NCBI RefSeq assembly: GCF_036321535.1
Contig: NC_087437.1
Location: forward strand, 112,656,001 to 112,720,000
Direction of reading: 5' to 3'
DNA length: 64,000 nt
Origin: Camelus dromedarius
Taxonomy: Eukaryota
The position numbers and the translations under genes are program-made. Each line of letters opens with the position of its first letter. Position 1 is the first letter of the stretch. Of the stretch, positions 37,635 to 50,145 are shown piece after piece. The notes under the pieces were generated by a model. That model was not told where the DNA came from. It made no database searches and was given only the letters and a program-made list of their open reading frames with translations.

Positions 37635-38933
37635 GTACGAGAGGCCAAAATGATTCTGGCAAATAAGTCCTCTTCTCCCAGATCCTCTCGGGAAATGTCC
37701 ATGTCTAATCAGGCTCCGTCTTGGCTGTATTAATAGAGATGAGAATGTTAGTGTCTTTGTTTGGATGGTGCAGCTGTTCAGTGCACCATCGTTAGATATC
37801 TGCTTAGTTCTTCTACCACCGTGCCAGCCTTTGGCCCCATTACACTGGCATCCAGAGGTCCTTTGCAGGCAAAAGTGGCATAAAGCTTCTTTCATTTACC
37901 AAGCCCCATTCATACATCTGGGTTCCAAATGGAGGTCATAACCTTTCCCGCAAAACAGAACCTGCTGCTTCTCCGGTTTGTTAACGTTCTCTGGGAATTT
38001 CTGAACTACTTCAGCAGCAGGAAGTGTCACTTCTCCCCTTGCCTGCACTGGCGTGGCATTCACCATCTCCAGTCTGCACTGCACACAACTGCTTTTACCT
38101 TGTGAGACTGGTTTTTTTGTTTTTTGTTTTTTGTTTTTTTGCTCTTTGAACATAAGTTGCCTCTTTACATCATGATAAATGAAAGACTTTGAAACAGCTG
38201 GAAAATATTATCCTTTAGATCAGATGCAAACTAGAATGTATTTTTTAAATGCTTGTGTGACTGAAGGGTATTGTAAAGCTTTGCAGATGATACTCAGCTG
38301 AAGGAAGTGATTGCCTTTTCCTTTGTATGGCAAATGATAAATGTTAATTTGTTTCCTGTTTGCCCAGTGGGCAGGGATGGGGGGTGAGGGAGGCTGACAC
38401 CTTCCCTGCCTCAAGCTGAGTGCAGTCCAGGGGAAAAGGCAGGCAAGGCCTACATCAGTATTTGCTTGTCTTTTAATGTGGGAAGTTAAAGTTGTGCTCC
38501 TTTGCCCCCTTCCATGTGAGTTGACTGATTCACGTTTGGGTCGCATTCGAACTGCTGCATCGCACTGGGCACCCTGGGCGTGGGGAGAGAGGCCTCGATG
38601 CTTTACAGATGTGCGCTGCTGGAGCCTAAGCCAGGAGCTGGAGACCAGGGGCCTTAGACAGCCTCACTGCATTCAGCACTGGGATGACCTTTGTTTAGAA
38701 TCCACTAATGGTCTCTCTGATGGGTTGGAGTTGCTGACATCAGACTTGGCTCTCCTTTGGTTTCAGAACCAAACCCATCTTCACTGCGTGTTCCAGAAAT
38801 TCCCTGAATAGACAGGAAAAGTTCAGATGTTAAGACAGGCAGTGGAGGAGGTGTCAGTCATTCGGCTTGTGTCATGCGTTTGTGTTCCGCGTAATGTTTT
38901 GTTTTTGTTCCCTTCTCCTTTTCTTGTAAACAG

Positions 38934-39055
38934 AAAAAGCCCCACTTACAATTTCTGCACAGGAGAATGTAAAAGTGGTGTATTACCGAGCACTGTATCC
39001 CTTCGAGTCCAGAAGTCATGACGAAATCACGATCCAGCCAGGAGATATAGTCATG
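38934..39055 (+). CDS. ITSN1: ITSN1 exon 19 (start of SH3[42 protein letters not shown])
   Basis: Long pyrimidine tract plus aacag acceptor, ATG|gtaaga donor; 122 nt, phase 1 to 0. Confidence 0.97.
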
Positions 39056-39801
39056 GTAAGAAAGACTCCAGAGAAAATGTGATTTCTGCTGATGATTAGC
39101 ATCTGTCCTCTTTCTGTACTTTATTTAACAGTTGTGAAATTGTTGGCAAGTGTGAAATCTAATAATCTAGCATTTGGGGTTTTGAAGAATAGCCTCAGTC
39201 TTCTTCCTTTTCTATTAGAGTGAAAAATGGTATTGAAAAATGTATCCTAACATCACTTTAAAATAGAGTTGTTGAAGAAAATGGGTTCTTAACACAACTT
39301 TGCATATTTTTAAGTCTGTAAAGCTCTGGTAATAATAGTTTTTTAAGTGCAAAATACTTGATCATCATTTTCATAGTTGCCAATGATAACTTTTATCCTT
39401 GGGTCAAGCCGTCTTTTTTTTCCCCCTTTAATTGTGTAAACTTTGAATTGTATGAAGAGTTAGGATTTAAATACAATTAATCTGCTTTCCTTCTCCCTAA
39501 ATGAACAGATGAAAGAGTTTAGGATTTTGCTGTCACAGCTTCTTTAATTACAGTAATAATTAAATATAATCCTATGATTGTAACTAAAACTATAGTAAGA
39601 ATTAAGGAAGAATAATGCAAGGTGGGTGACCTAAATGATTTCCTAAAAGAAAACAGCAGTTCCTCAACCAACTTATTAACTTAAGAATGAGAGAAGTGGT
39701 CAACCTTTGCATTACTGTTGGCTTTTTTTTTTTTTTTTTTTTTTAACGAGAATGGTTCAGAGTTGTAAAAGAACCATGAAAGTTAAGAATTGAGACAAAC
39801 A

Positions 39802-39970
39802 AGGTTGAGGGGTATAGCTCAGTGGTAGTGTGTGCTTAGCATGCACGAGGCCCTGGGTTCAGTCCCCAGTACCTCCATTAAAAAATAAAAATTGAAAAAA
39901 AGTAAACCTAATTGCCTCCCTGCACCCCTCCCCAAAGCAACAACAACAAAAAAAAAAGAGTGAGAGAAAG
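39802..39970 (+). mobile_element. Vic-1-like SINE with perfect 16-bp TSD
   Basis: TSD agaattgagacaaaca at 39786-39801 and 39971-39986; A box, B box and A tail present. Confidence 0.92.
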
Positions 39971-40924
39971 AGAATTGAGACAAACACGTTTCCCATACTC
40001 GGAACCCACGTCTGAAGTATAAAAGAGTGTTGTGCATTCACTATAATTACTCACGCATTCACCTTGCATTTCTGTATTGTATCTGTATGTAGAGGATATG
40101 ATCTTTCATGGGCAAAAATATATAGAAAGAACAGTGTCTAGTCCTTAAAGAGAACTCAATCCCTTCTCCCCTTACTTTCTGATAGCTTTTTCTCCAGTTC
40201 TTATGGACTGGAAATAAGGGAGTCACAGCCAATGGTCCAAAATCTTTAAAAGTCAACAGCTCCTTGACAATAATGAAACCCACTTCAAATAATCTCCTTG
40301 TCTTCATTCAGCAAACAGTTTTTGAATGCCTGGGTGCCAGCCTCTCATTCTTTACAGAAAGAACTGCTGGTTTCTCTCAAGTGTGGGCACACCACTCTGC
40401 ACGTGAATGGCGTGTTTCTCAGCCTCTGCCCCGTTTTCTCTTCCCTAATGGAAGAGGCTGCTTCACTCCTCCTGCCTGGTCTTTCGACATGGTGCCTTGT
40501 AAAGCAGATGAACTGTGAATTAGCTAAATAAAATGCAGTAGCAGAAATCTAAACATTATGAAGTTACAATGCTGTAGCAGATAGGACCTCACTACAAAGT
40601 TGCTTTTTTGCACTGTAAAAAATAAAAGAAAAAAAAAGAAAGAAAAAAGGGAAAAAAAGCCTGATGTTTTTGAAACTGTACTTTGTTGCAATGCAAGATG
40701 TAGAAAAGTAACATTTTCTTCTTGAGATAAGGAAGGGTTACAAAGTGTTACGATGAGGAAATGTTACAGGTGATCTATATTTTAATGAGTAAATATTGCT
40801 ATTTTGGGGGAAAACATAGTCTTGTTACAGTGCTTTTGAGTCCTTTTCCTCAAATTGGCTAGTAAAGCAGCAGCTCCACTCGGAGAATAGAATGTAGATA
40901 TACTGTGAGAACACAACATTGCAT

Positions 40925-40972
40925 TAAACATTTATTTTGCCTTGCTTTCAAACCTGCGCTTTCCTGGTGGAG
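40925..40972 (+). promoter_or_regulatory. Microexon splicing enhancer (UGC motifs in the polypyrimidine tract, SRRM4/nSR100 type)
   Basis: ttttTGCctTGCtttcaaaccTGCgctttcc immediately upstream of the 15-nt exon. Confidence 0.65.
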
Positions 40973-40987
40973 GTTAAAGGGGAATGG
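40973..40987 (+). CDS. ITSN1: ITSN1 neuron-specific microexon 20 (VKGEW, n-Src loop of SH3A)
   Basis: ggag|GTTAAAGGGGAATGG|gtgagt; 15 nt, phase 0 to 0; upstream pyrimidine tract with several TGC motifs. Confidence 0.95.
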
Positions 40988-41359
40988 GTGAGTGCCACTG
41001 ACTGTCAGGAAGTCTGCATCTTATTAAATGTTTTGTTCTTTTAAATCGCTTTAATTCTGTGTAAGTACACATATCTTTGGGTGTTGTTGTGGCAGTGAAA
41101 ATACGTTTTGAGTTTGTGTGGTAGGTTGTGCTTAAAATTAAAAAAGAAGAACAGATGTAAAAGTTCGTGTACCTGGTTTCTCTTTGCTCGATTCCGTGTA
41201 AGGACTAATTCAAAAGCTCTGTGTTGGCAAGTTATTAGGTCAAGTCTGTGTCTCAGGTTGTGGACAAAAGTAAGTTCCAAGTAGGTTAAAGTTAAAATTC
41301 TTATTTAAAAGTTTTTTTTTTCTTTTTCTTTTCCTTCTTCTTTTCTTTCTCTTTTTTAA

Positions 41360-42310
41360 GGAGAATACTGGAATAATTTTCTGGCTAAGAAATGCCTTTC
41401 TGAGTTAAAACCAGAAGCCATAAATGACCAAAATGGACAGATTTGACCATATTAAAAAATTAAATCTTGTAGACTGCAAAATACATAAGAAATAAAGAGC
41501 CCCTCTCCATATTACATAAAGACTCTGAAAAGTTAATATGAAAGAAACCCACACCTTAAAAACATTGTCTGAGGACATAAAGAGACATTCACAGATGAAG
41601 AAAAGTAAATGATTTAAAAAATATACAAAAGGATACCGCTTTCATTGGTGATCAGGAAAATGCATATTTTAAAAAATGAGACAGCACTTTTCATCTCTCA
41701 GCTGAGTAGATTAAAAAGTTTGCTAATACCCAGCTTTGTCAAGAGTGCAGGGAAGTGAATAGTAATATACATTGTCAGCATGGTTGTATGAATTGGCTAA
41801 GCCATTTGGAAGGCAGTTTGGTGATACCTATTCAAATTTAAAATTCTCATTCCCCTTGACCCAGGAATTCTGACTCTCCCTCATCTAGGCTGCTTCTGGC
41901 ACGTGCAGAAATAAATGTGTGCATGGATGTCTCCCTGCAGCATTGTTGATAAAAGCAAAAAACAAACAGCCCAATATCCATCAGTAAGGGAATGGTTTAA
42001 ATAATTGATGATACAGCTAAACAGTAAATATAATGAAAATGCTTTTAAAAATTACATAGATCTACGTGTACAAATAAACTCTCCAGTAAAAAAGCAGGAG
42101 TATGTAGAGTATAATTGCATTTGGTTATAAAAAACTGTGTATATATGTGAATGTTTGTATGTATATAGTCTGGAAATACAGACATCAGACTATTAACAGT
42201 GGTTACCTCTGGGTAGAGGTAGAGAGGGGGTTCATGTTTAATTTTATGTACTTCTATATTCATTCTGACAAATGTACCAACATTTGTAATTTTTAATAAA
42301 ACACTAAAAA
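41360..42310 (+). mobile_element. Old L1M (L1ME-like) ORF2 C-terminus and 3' UTR remnant
   Basis: gacattcacagatgaagaaa ... ggaaggcagtttggtgatacct ... ccttgacccaggaattc ... atccatcagtaagggaatggtttaaataa. Confidence 0.75.
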
Positions 42311-43834
42311 TGAATCCAAGTTCAACAATTATAACAGAATGTCTGTGCAGGCCCAGAATGGTGTTTACTTTATCCCAGACATCCCAAATATGTAAGGAGG
42401 GGCCTAGGCATACCATATTCTCTTGCTGAAGGGACAGCAGTGGTGCCTTCATTTTATACCACAGAACGCAACGTGACACCCAAATGCTCTCAACTGTATT
42501 ATCTTTGTGAAGTTAACAATCGATGCAAAAAAAAAAAAAAGGGAAATTGACATGTAACAGTAACTACTTTTAGAATTTCATAAAGTTTGCAGTTAAGGAA
42601 CATGATCATGAAAACTATGCACTAGAACATTCCTATCAATCTTTCTTAGTTGAATAGTCAGGAGTTCACTTACCTTTGTGGGAATAGTAATCATCAGATT
42701 CTCAGATTTCTCAAATTTTTTTGAGAAATAGCTGGCAATACCTGTTAGATTTTAGGTCTAGCAACGTTTCCTGTTTTAATGTAGGCAGTCCTGGAGGGGG
42801 CTTTAAAAAACATTTTGCTTTTGAAGAAACTTGATTATCAGCCCAGTTTTCTCAAAAAATATTTTTTCATGATTAAGAAAAATTAAAATGGTCCTTTATA
42901 TATGTATATAAATGTATTCCTGTTCTAAATGTTGTTGATGATACAAAAAAATATATGAGCATGTCTGCCATTCATATACTTAAAATCTTGTTTGAAAAAT
43001 AGGGAGAAACACATGAAAAAGCCAATGTGTGATGAAGTTCCCGATGAATGCTCACTAACTCTGCTAGGAATTTAGAAGAAGAGAGGAATCAGAGTAAATT
43101 CATGTGCTCAGGGAAGACTTCTGAATGGAAGTGTCTTAACTGAGTTTGACCTTGACAGCTAAGGCTTAGACACTTTGAAAATCTCTGGCCTGCCTTCTGA
43201 TCTGGAGGTCCCAGTACCTGGAGGGTGAATGATCAGATTTGACATCCACAGTGTATTGGGATAGCAAAAGAAATTAGAACACCTCTACTCACTGTTCTGT
43301 TGAAGTTTATCTTAAAAATACGGACTCATCATCAAACTCAGCAGGTCCTAAATGGTGGAGGCCTGAGTGCATCAGTCCTGCTCAGGGAGCTTAAAAAAAA
43401 TAACCTAGCTGGGGCTCACCCCCAGAGACTCTGGGCACTTTTAATTGGTATTTAGGGTTCAAAATCTTCTCCAGGTGGTTCTGTCAGGGAGTCAGTTTGG
43501 GGGAACCACTGATCTAATCTTTTTTTCCCAGTTAGGACGAACCCCAAACCATTCTGGAAAATATCCTCTTCTTAGAAATAGCCAAAAATGGAGACGTGGG
43601 TGTCAGCCATCAACTAGTCAGTTCGTTCAGAAAATTATCTCTTAATTGAGTGATGCTCTTCTAACAGTTTAAACTCATTCTTTTTTCCTTTTCTTCTCTT
43701 GATAAAGATTTCTTTTTTAATGTAGTCAATACCTTTTCTTTCCTGCCTTTCTTACATTTCCATAACTTTAGCATCTAAGCCTGTTGGTCATAGTATCACT
43801 GCTGTGTTGAGGGACCAGGACACACATAATTCCG

Positions 43835-43975
43835 AGGCAGTGGGCCAAATCCAGCTCCTGCTTGTTTTGTAATAAAGTTTTATTGGAGCACATTCAGACT
43901 TGTTCATTTACATCCTGCCTACAGCTGCAGAGTTGAGTGGTTGTGAAAGTTAGAGGGGAAATTTGCTAACCTCTA
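43835..43975. mobile_element. MER58-like MITE fragment
   Basis: gggccaaatccagc ... taataaagttttattggagcaca ... gcagagttgagtggttgtga ... aatttgctaacctct. Confidence 0.6.
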
Positions 43976-44689
43976 GATTAGAGCTTTAGAAAACAATTTT
44001 AATGTCCTCATCCAGGTGGTTAGGGGGAAACCTCGTATTTCCAAACTGGCAAATGCATGAAACCCGTGCTGCTCCCTACAGCCCCCCTGCCCCGCCCCAG
44101 CACATTCTGGGCAGCCACACCAGCAGGTCTAAGTCAGTGTACAGTGTGAACCTGTTTGCTCTTTGTCCTGTTTGTAAGAGGAGAGAGAGTTTCTGGCTTT
44201 AGAAATATCAGTACTGCCTGATGAAGATGGCAGTCATGAAGCATATAAATGTTGAGAGAAGAGATAGAGTATTGGGTTTCGGCCACTTGTACTTGAACCT
44301 GGTAGCTGCTGTGTGCACTTGACTGTTGCATCGGTGCCCTCCAGTAGGCAGTGCATGATCACTAACATTGTGTGGACCGGATCTGTAACATGTTCCCAAA
44401 CGTGTAAGCAACATCTGGGGTTTGTGCTTCCTACTTTGGCGTTTCACTAGAATGACCCCCAAATGCTTTGAGGTGTTATAGTGGGGCTGATTAAACGAAA
44501 CTGTATTAAGGCCAACACTATTATTATTAAAATCCCCCTGACTTCCAGCTACCAATAGGTGAATTTACCCTTTGTATGTATAAGTCCAAATTACAGGCAA
44601 CCACATTACAAAGAAGTATGTGCTTGACTTTGCTTATTCTGTCCTAATCTTGTGTAGTGTTTTATACAATTGGATTGACATTTAAAAAA

Positions 44690-44790
44690 TATTTTATTTT
44701 TGGGGGAGGGGGTGATTAGCTATGCATGTATTTAATTATTTAAGTGGAGGTACTGGGGATTGAACCCAGGACCTCGTGCATGCCAAGCAC
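44690..44790 (-). mobile_element. Vic-1-like SINE lacking its 5' (A box) end
   Basis: ggaggtactggggattgaacccaggacctcgtgcatgccaagcac, then loss of similarity. Confidence 0.8.
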
Positions 44791-45639
44791 ATATATTGCA
44801 TGCCCCCACCCCCACACCCCCACCGCCCCCATTGGCATTATGAGTAAAGTTTTTCAAATCCAGGAAGAAGCATTTCTCATTTTCATACTGAGACTCTGTG
44901 CTTTTTCCTAAGTGGTTAATTTAATTGAACATTAAGAATGAATTTTTACTATATTCTCTGAATCTTAAAATTTAAATGAATAGATTCCTATAAATAAATC
45001 AAACTAATTGAGACTATCGTTTGTTCACGTTGACCCGTGATTTTCCTTGATTCAGAGTGAAATAGTGATATCACTGTTGCCCTGAAGGGATGTCACTGTT
45101 GCCCTGAAGGGTGGCAGAAACTCTTGTTTGCAGGGATACGAGGCTGAGGTGGCCCCCTCTCCCCTTCCGAAGTATGCACCAGCCCCTTGCGGCGGTGAAG
45201 CCTGCTCTCCGTCATATCAGGGACAAGGCCGGTGTGCTTAACTAGGGTGTGGGCTGGACCTGCCCAGGGAACATTCCCTCAGGGCTTCAGATCCAGTTGC
45301 AGATGTCGACCCAAAGTCTGGTTAACCAGCTAGCAGTAGGTCACAGGACATAATTAAGTAAAGCAGCTGACCTTCCAGGAGGCCCACTAGGACGGACCAG
45401 TAGGAGTTTCAGGCAGGCTGTGAGCAGGGGTCACATTCCAGCCCTTAAAGGAAGATAAGAAGGCCAACCCACAGCGCCCGGGGTACTAGACAGGTTTCTA
45501 GAGCAGGGAACTCCCCATAGAGAACCAGAAATCTCTGGTCACCTAAAGTGAGGGTCAAATAGAGACTAGGCTTTTAGAACAGAACAAAAGAGGACTGCAA
45601 TACAGAGTCAGCTGGACATCAGGAGAGATGGCTTTAGAG

Positions 45640-45870
45640 AATCTGTCATTAAGCCCATCTCATACGCCAGGCAGTGTTCTACATACTTATCATTCCTCAC
45701 AATAACCATAATAAATCAGGTACTATTATTATCGCCCATTTGATAGATGAAGAAACTGAGGAACAAAGAGATTAAACTTACCCAAAGTCAGCCAGCTAGT
45801 AAATTGCAGAAGTGCTATTAAAACTGAGGCAGTCCAATTGCAGAGTCCTACTCTTGATCATTCTACTTTG
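45640..45870 (-). mobile_element. MIR relic
   Basis: ggtactattattatcgcccatttgatagatgaagaaactgagg ... cccaaagtcagccagctagtaaa. Confidence 0.8.
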
Positions 45871-47687
45871 CAGTCTTGAGGTGAAGTTATTGTGTGTCTG
45901 GCTCAAGCTCCTTGTTCACTGCCGCCTGACATCACCTTTGGTCCTGGGACACATGGAGGAGGCAGGAACTTGACTGTTGAACCTGCTGCGAAGTTGGGGA
46001 GGCCCGGATACAACCTGGCGTAGAAACAGTAGTGTTTCCAATGCAGAGCAGCTCGGAAGTTCAAGTGCATCATCATATCACCAATAAATATACATGAGGA
46101 AGGAAAGGCACCTAGTAGCCGTTTGAGTTTAGCAAAAAAATAAGATCCAAGAGGAAAAAAATGTCATCTTAAATCCTCATCTAGAGAAGCAGTGGGGTTG
46201 CCCAGAAAAAGGAAAGAAGAAAACAGTGTTTTTTGGTGGGGAGGGGTTGAATGAGAGGTGGCCCCCAAGTGGATACAGGTGTTAGCAGGAGTAACGGAAC
46301 AGTAAAGCCAAAAATAGAAGCTTTGGGAGCGGTGTTGCACTTTTTCTCAGGGAACTCCTTTTTGGAGAATTCTCAGCTTTAGAAATTGCTTTTACTCCTG
46401 ACAATCAGGGTTCCCTAAGTTGGAGCAACAAGGAAGCTCTCCTACGTACTGAATATTTTATAACTAATGTGTGCAATTAAGTAGTAAGCCCTGTATTCTC
46501 CTCCCTCCGCCTCTACCCCAGGCATTTTTAATTCAAATATTACACCATGTTACTCTACACTGAATATAAATGTTTCATTCCATAGTTTTGTTGTGGTGGT
46601 TGTTGTTTTACTGAATGTTTGAATGGGTCATAAAACTTGTATTTTTGCCACATTTTCCAAAGTCATTTTTAAGACCCTATCTACTCATCTCTGATTTCAA
46701 AAAAGCACTCTTAATGTCCAAGGAAGCGTTCGGGGTGTCACCTCCTTGGCAGTATGCTAAGGGATAAAAGTTGGATAAGGCCTCTGACAGAACCTTGTTT
46801 GACTTATTGTAATGAAAACAGTTTTCTAATAGTAACTGTAATTGTCCCCAAATCGATCTCCTGTTGTTCATAAAATAGTGAGGTAACTTGTAAAGATAAG
46901 TAGGGTCATTCTGGTGATTTTGACTCATCCTTTTGAGTCAGAATTAAAATTAAATGCAAACATTAAAAATACACTCCTGTGAAACTTTTAAACCGCAGAT
47001 TTCTATCGTCTCGTGCACTTTTGTGAATATTAAAGTTAAATGGATACAAAAGAAAACTATAGGACCTTAATAACACTAATTTATTGCTCTAAATAATCAT
47101 TTCCCGAGTTTTCTCATCATGTCTTTGGAGCCTTTAAGTAGCTGAACATGGTAGTCAGCTTTGCTTCCTACAGAAACCATCTAAGGCTATTTTTTTTTTT
47201 TAATCTTTGTGTCCTTAATGCTGAATGAGTACTGCTTAGTTATTAGAGATTTTTAGAGTGCTAAATGTATACTGATTGCACCCTTTGCTTTCCAGTTTAA
47301 ATAATAAACCCAAGACAAATTATTTTTAATAATTACATGACTTCCTGAGGGATGAAGTCTGTCAGATCACTTTCCAATTCAAAATAGCTCTAGAAATTTA
47401 AACTCTGGGCCTTATTAGAATTCCAAGCACTTTATCTTAACTGTTATTTTTAGGAAAGAGAAAAGCTAAACAAGCACAAAGAGTAAGAATTTGACTATAG
47501 GACCTATGGTTTCTTCAGAGTTGATGTTTAGAGACCATTTTTCCAGACTCTTAGACTAAGAGTAAGGTGAAGAAGTGTCTGTGCCATGTGTTAGTCTGAC
47601 CGGGTCAGAGGCAGGGGCTTCGTGTTTGGTGTCTTTAGGGAGATTGATTTAGTTCCACTTAAATTAAACTTTGTGACTTTCCTGTAG

Positions 47688-47935
47688 GTGGATGAGAGCC
47701 AAACTGGAGAACCGGGGTGGCTTGGAGGAGAATTAAAGGGCAAGACAGGGTGGTTCCCTGCAAACTACGCAGAGAAGATCCCAGAAAACGAGGTTCCTGC
47801 TCCAGTCAAAGCAGTGACTGATGCCACCTCCACCCCTGCGCCCAAACTGGCTGTGCGTGAGGCCCCCGCCTCTTCGGCCGTGACGTCCGCGGAGCCCTCC
47901 ACGACCCCCAACAACTGGGCCGACTTCAGCTCCAC
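47688..47935 (+). CDS. ITSN1: ITSN1 exon 21 (rest of SH3A plus linker with WADF motif)
   Basis: tgtag acceptor, AC|gtacgt donor; 248 nt, phase 0 to 2; [31 protein letters not shown]. Confidence 0.97.
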
Positions 47936-48911
47936 GTACGTGCAGGGCGCCGTCTGAGGACCTCTGAAATCCCAGCATAGCGATCTTTTAAGTGTTGTTA
48001 ACGTCTTGGGTTGAGCCTCTGTGTCACTTCCATGACCGCTTTCTCTCACTGGTCTTCTGGCAAACTGTGGATTGCATTCTCTGAGCTGGGTTTAATTACA
48101 TCGTTGCTCAATGGTGATTTGTGCTGGGATGGTATAAAGCCTACCACCTTGTTTCGTTCAATAATTTGCCTATATCTTTCATTCTTGTGGAAGAAATTGA
48201 GGAATATAATTTCCTAATAATCTGTTTGACACCCATGTCCATCAGCAAATATTCAGTTATTTCCTGCATGTAAATAGCACTGTTTTTTGGCTGGACAGAG
48301 ACAGAAATTGAGTTCAGACGTGGTTTTGAACAAGATAGATAGTTTCCTTTAAAGCTTTCCTCTTTCATCAGTCCTGTACACATGTACAGCAGTGAAGAGA
48401 GATGTGTGTTCTTGGCCACTGTTAGTGCTGTACCCTTGGTCACCAGAAAATAGCATTAAAAACAGTGTGTAAACAAAGGTTTGAAATGACAGGTGAAGCC
48501 ACCATCCACACGGCCAGTTATAGGACTGATCTAGGTGTGCAGTTGTCTAAAAATATTTGCTGTGGGCATTCAAGTAAACGTGATGTGAGTAAGAAGGGTT
48601 TTACATTTATTTTCAAGTCTGATCATCTTTCAGAAGAAACAAATCAAAGGCACAAAGTCAAGGAATAATGCTGGAGAAGGATCAGGTTGATCAGATAGAG
48701 GAGACAGAGGTGTGTAATGACCAAGGGCAGAAGGAAGTGGAGGGAAAGATGCAAGAATAGTGGAGGGAAAGATGCAAGTGGTTTTTATACTTATATTTTC
48801 ATGTAAAAGGTAGAAAGAGTTAATGAAGGTCTTCCCTACATAATCTCTGCTAGAAAGCAGTCTTCTACGAGTATGATTGAAACCAACTTGAAACTCTTCT
48901 CTCTTGATCTT

Positions 48912-49116
48912 TTTTTTTTTAAATTGAAGTAGAGTTGATTTACAACATTGTGTTAGTTTCAGGTGTACAGCAAAGTGATTCAGTTATATATATATATATA
49001 TATTTTTTTCAGATTGTTTTCCATTTTAGGTGGTTATGAGCTATTGAATGCAGTTCCCTGTGCTCTCCAGTAGGTCCTTGTTGCTTCTCTAGTTGGTGTA
49101 CAGTAGTTTGTTTTCC
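48912..49116 (-). mobile_element. 5'-truncated artiodactyl-type L1 3' end with 13-bp TSD
   Basis: aattgaagtagagttgatttacaacattgtgttagtttcaggtgtacagcaaagtgattcag; TSD ctctcttgatctt at 48899-48911 and 49117-49129. Confidence 0.85.
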
Positions 49117-49985
49117 CTCTCTTGATCTTGATTGCAGAGTTCTGACTTTATAAACTAAAGCTTAGGCTAAAATAGAAGGCAAATACCATGTTTTCCAGGA
49201 GTTTGTTTTGCTGTGGATCCAATCAGTGTGACTTGCTTGATAAATGTGTGGTGTGCAGCCCTCCTGCTGTCATTATGGGCATCTTATTTTCCAAACCCAA
49301 AGTCAGGATGTGCTGTCTAACGGCCATATTTTGATTTTCAAATGTCTCTATGTCTTATAAAGATGTAAAAAACGTAAATTGCACTTTAAATCTGCACTTA
49401 CACAAACGTGTTTATTTAAAGTTATAAAAATCCCAAAATTAAAACGGTCACTGAGATCAGGACAGATGAGGATACCCCTTAGTTACCAGGTGTCCAGGTA
49501 CATGGCCTGGTACTTGCCGTGCGATGTGTGGGACAGAGAGATGGTTTTAAGAAGCACCCGCTGCCAGACTGGCATTATTTCCTATGTAATATGAAACTTC
49601 TTTTTTGCTGATTTAGTGTGGTTGTTGCAAATGAAGATAATGATCCTGTGAGGATGTTTCTCCAGCACCTCCGGGCACTTCCCAGTTACAAAGTATTTCC
49701 CTACTTAGTATTTCATGTGATCCTCACAACTACCCAGAGTGGCAGAATGTTGTTCCCATTTATCAGTGAGGAAATCAGGATACAAAGAAATGACTGATAT
49801 TTGCCCGAGACCCATCAGTAGTGTGTGACGCTCAGACACAAACCCAAGTGCAGTGCTCTTTCCTCCCCTTCTTGTTCTTGAACGTAGGAAGCCCTGTCCG
49901 TGTACTGGGTCTGTGTTGTGTGTGGGAGAAACACGGGCATACTGGGGAGTACTTGCTACTCACGGTGGCGTGCTCTTCCTTCCAG

Positions 49986-50145
49986 GTGGCCCACCAGCAC
50001 GAGCGAGAAACCAGAGACTGATCACTGGGATGCGTGGGCAGCCCAGCCCTCCCTCACTGTTCCAAGTGCCGGGCAGTTAAGGCAGAGATCGGCCTTTACT
50101 CCAGCCACGGCCACGGGCTCCTCTCCATCTCCCATCTTAGGCCAG
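49986..50145 (+). CDS. ITSN1: ITSN1 exon 22 (SH3A-B linker: [20 protein letters not shown]...SPILGQ)
   Basis: tccag acceptor, CAG|gtaaat donor; 160 nt, phase 2 to 0. Confidence 0.96.

Noticed and set aside
42045..42479. 144-aa minus-strand ORF
   Set aside because: Largely overlaps an L1M 3' UTR relic; no protein similarity recognised
47933..47942. Perfect palindrome CACGTACGTG across the exon 21 donor
   Set aside because: 10-bp palindromes are expected by chance, and this one is constrained by the codon and donor sequence
49890..49910. REST/NRSE-like text gccctgtccgtgtactgg
   Set aside because: Spacing and the second half-site deviate from consensus; not supportable
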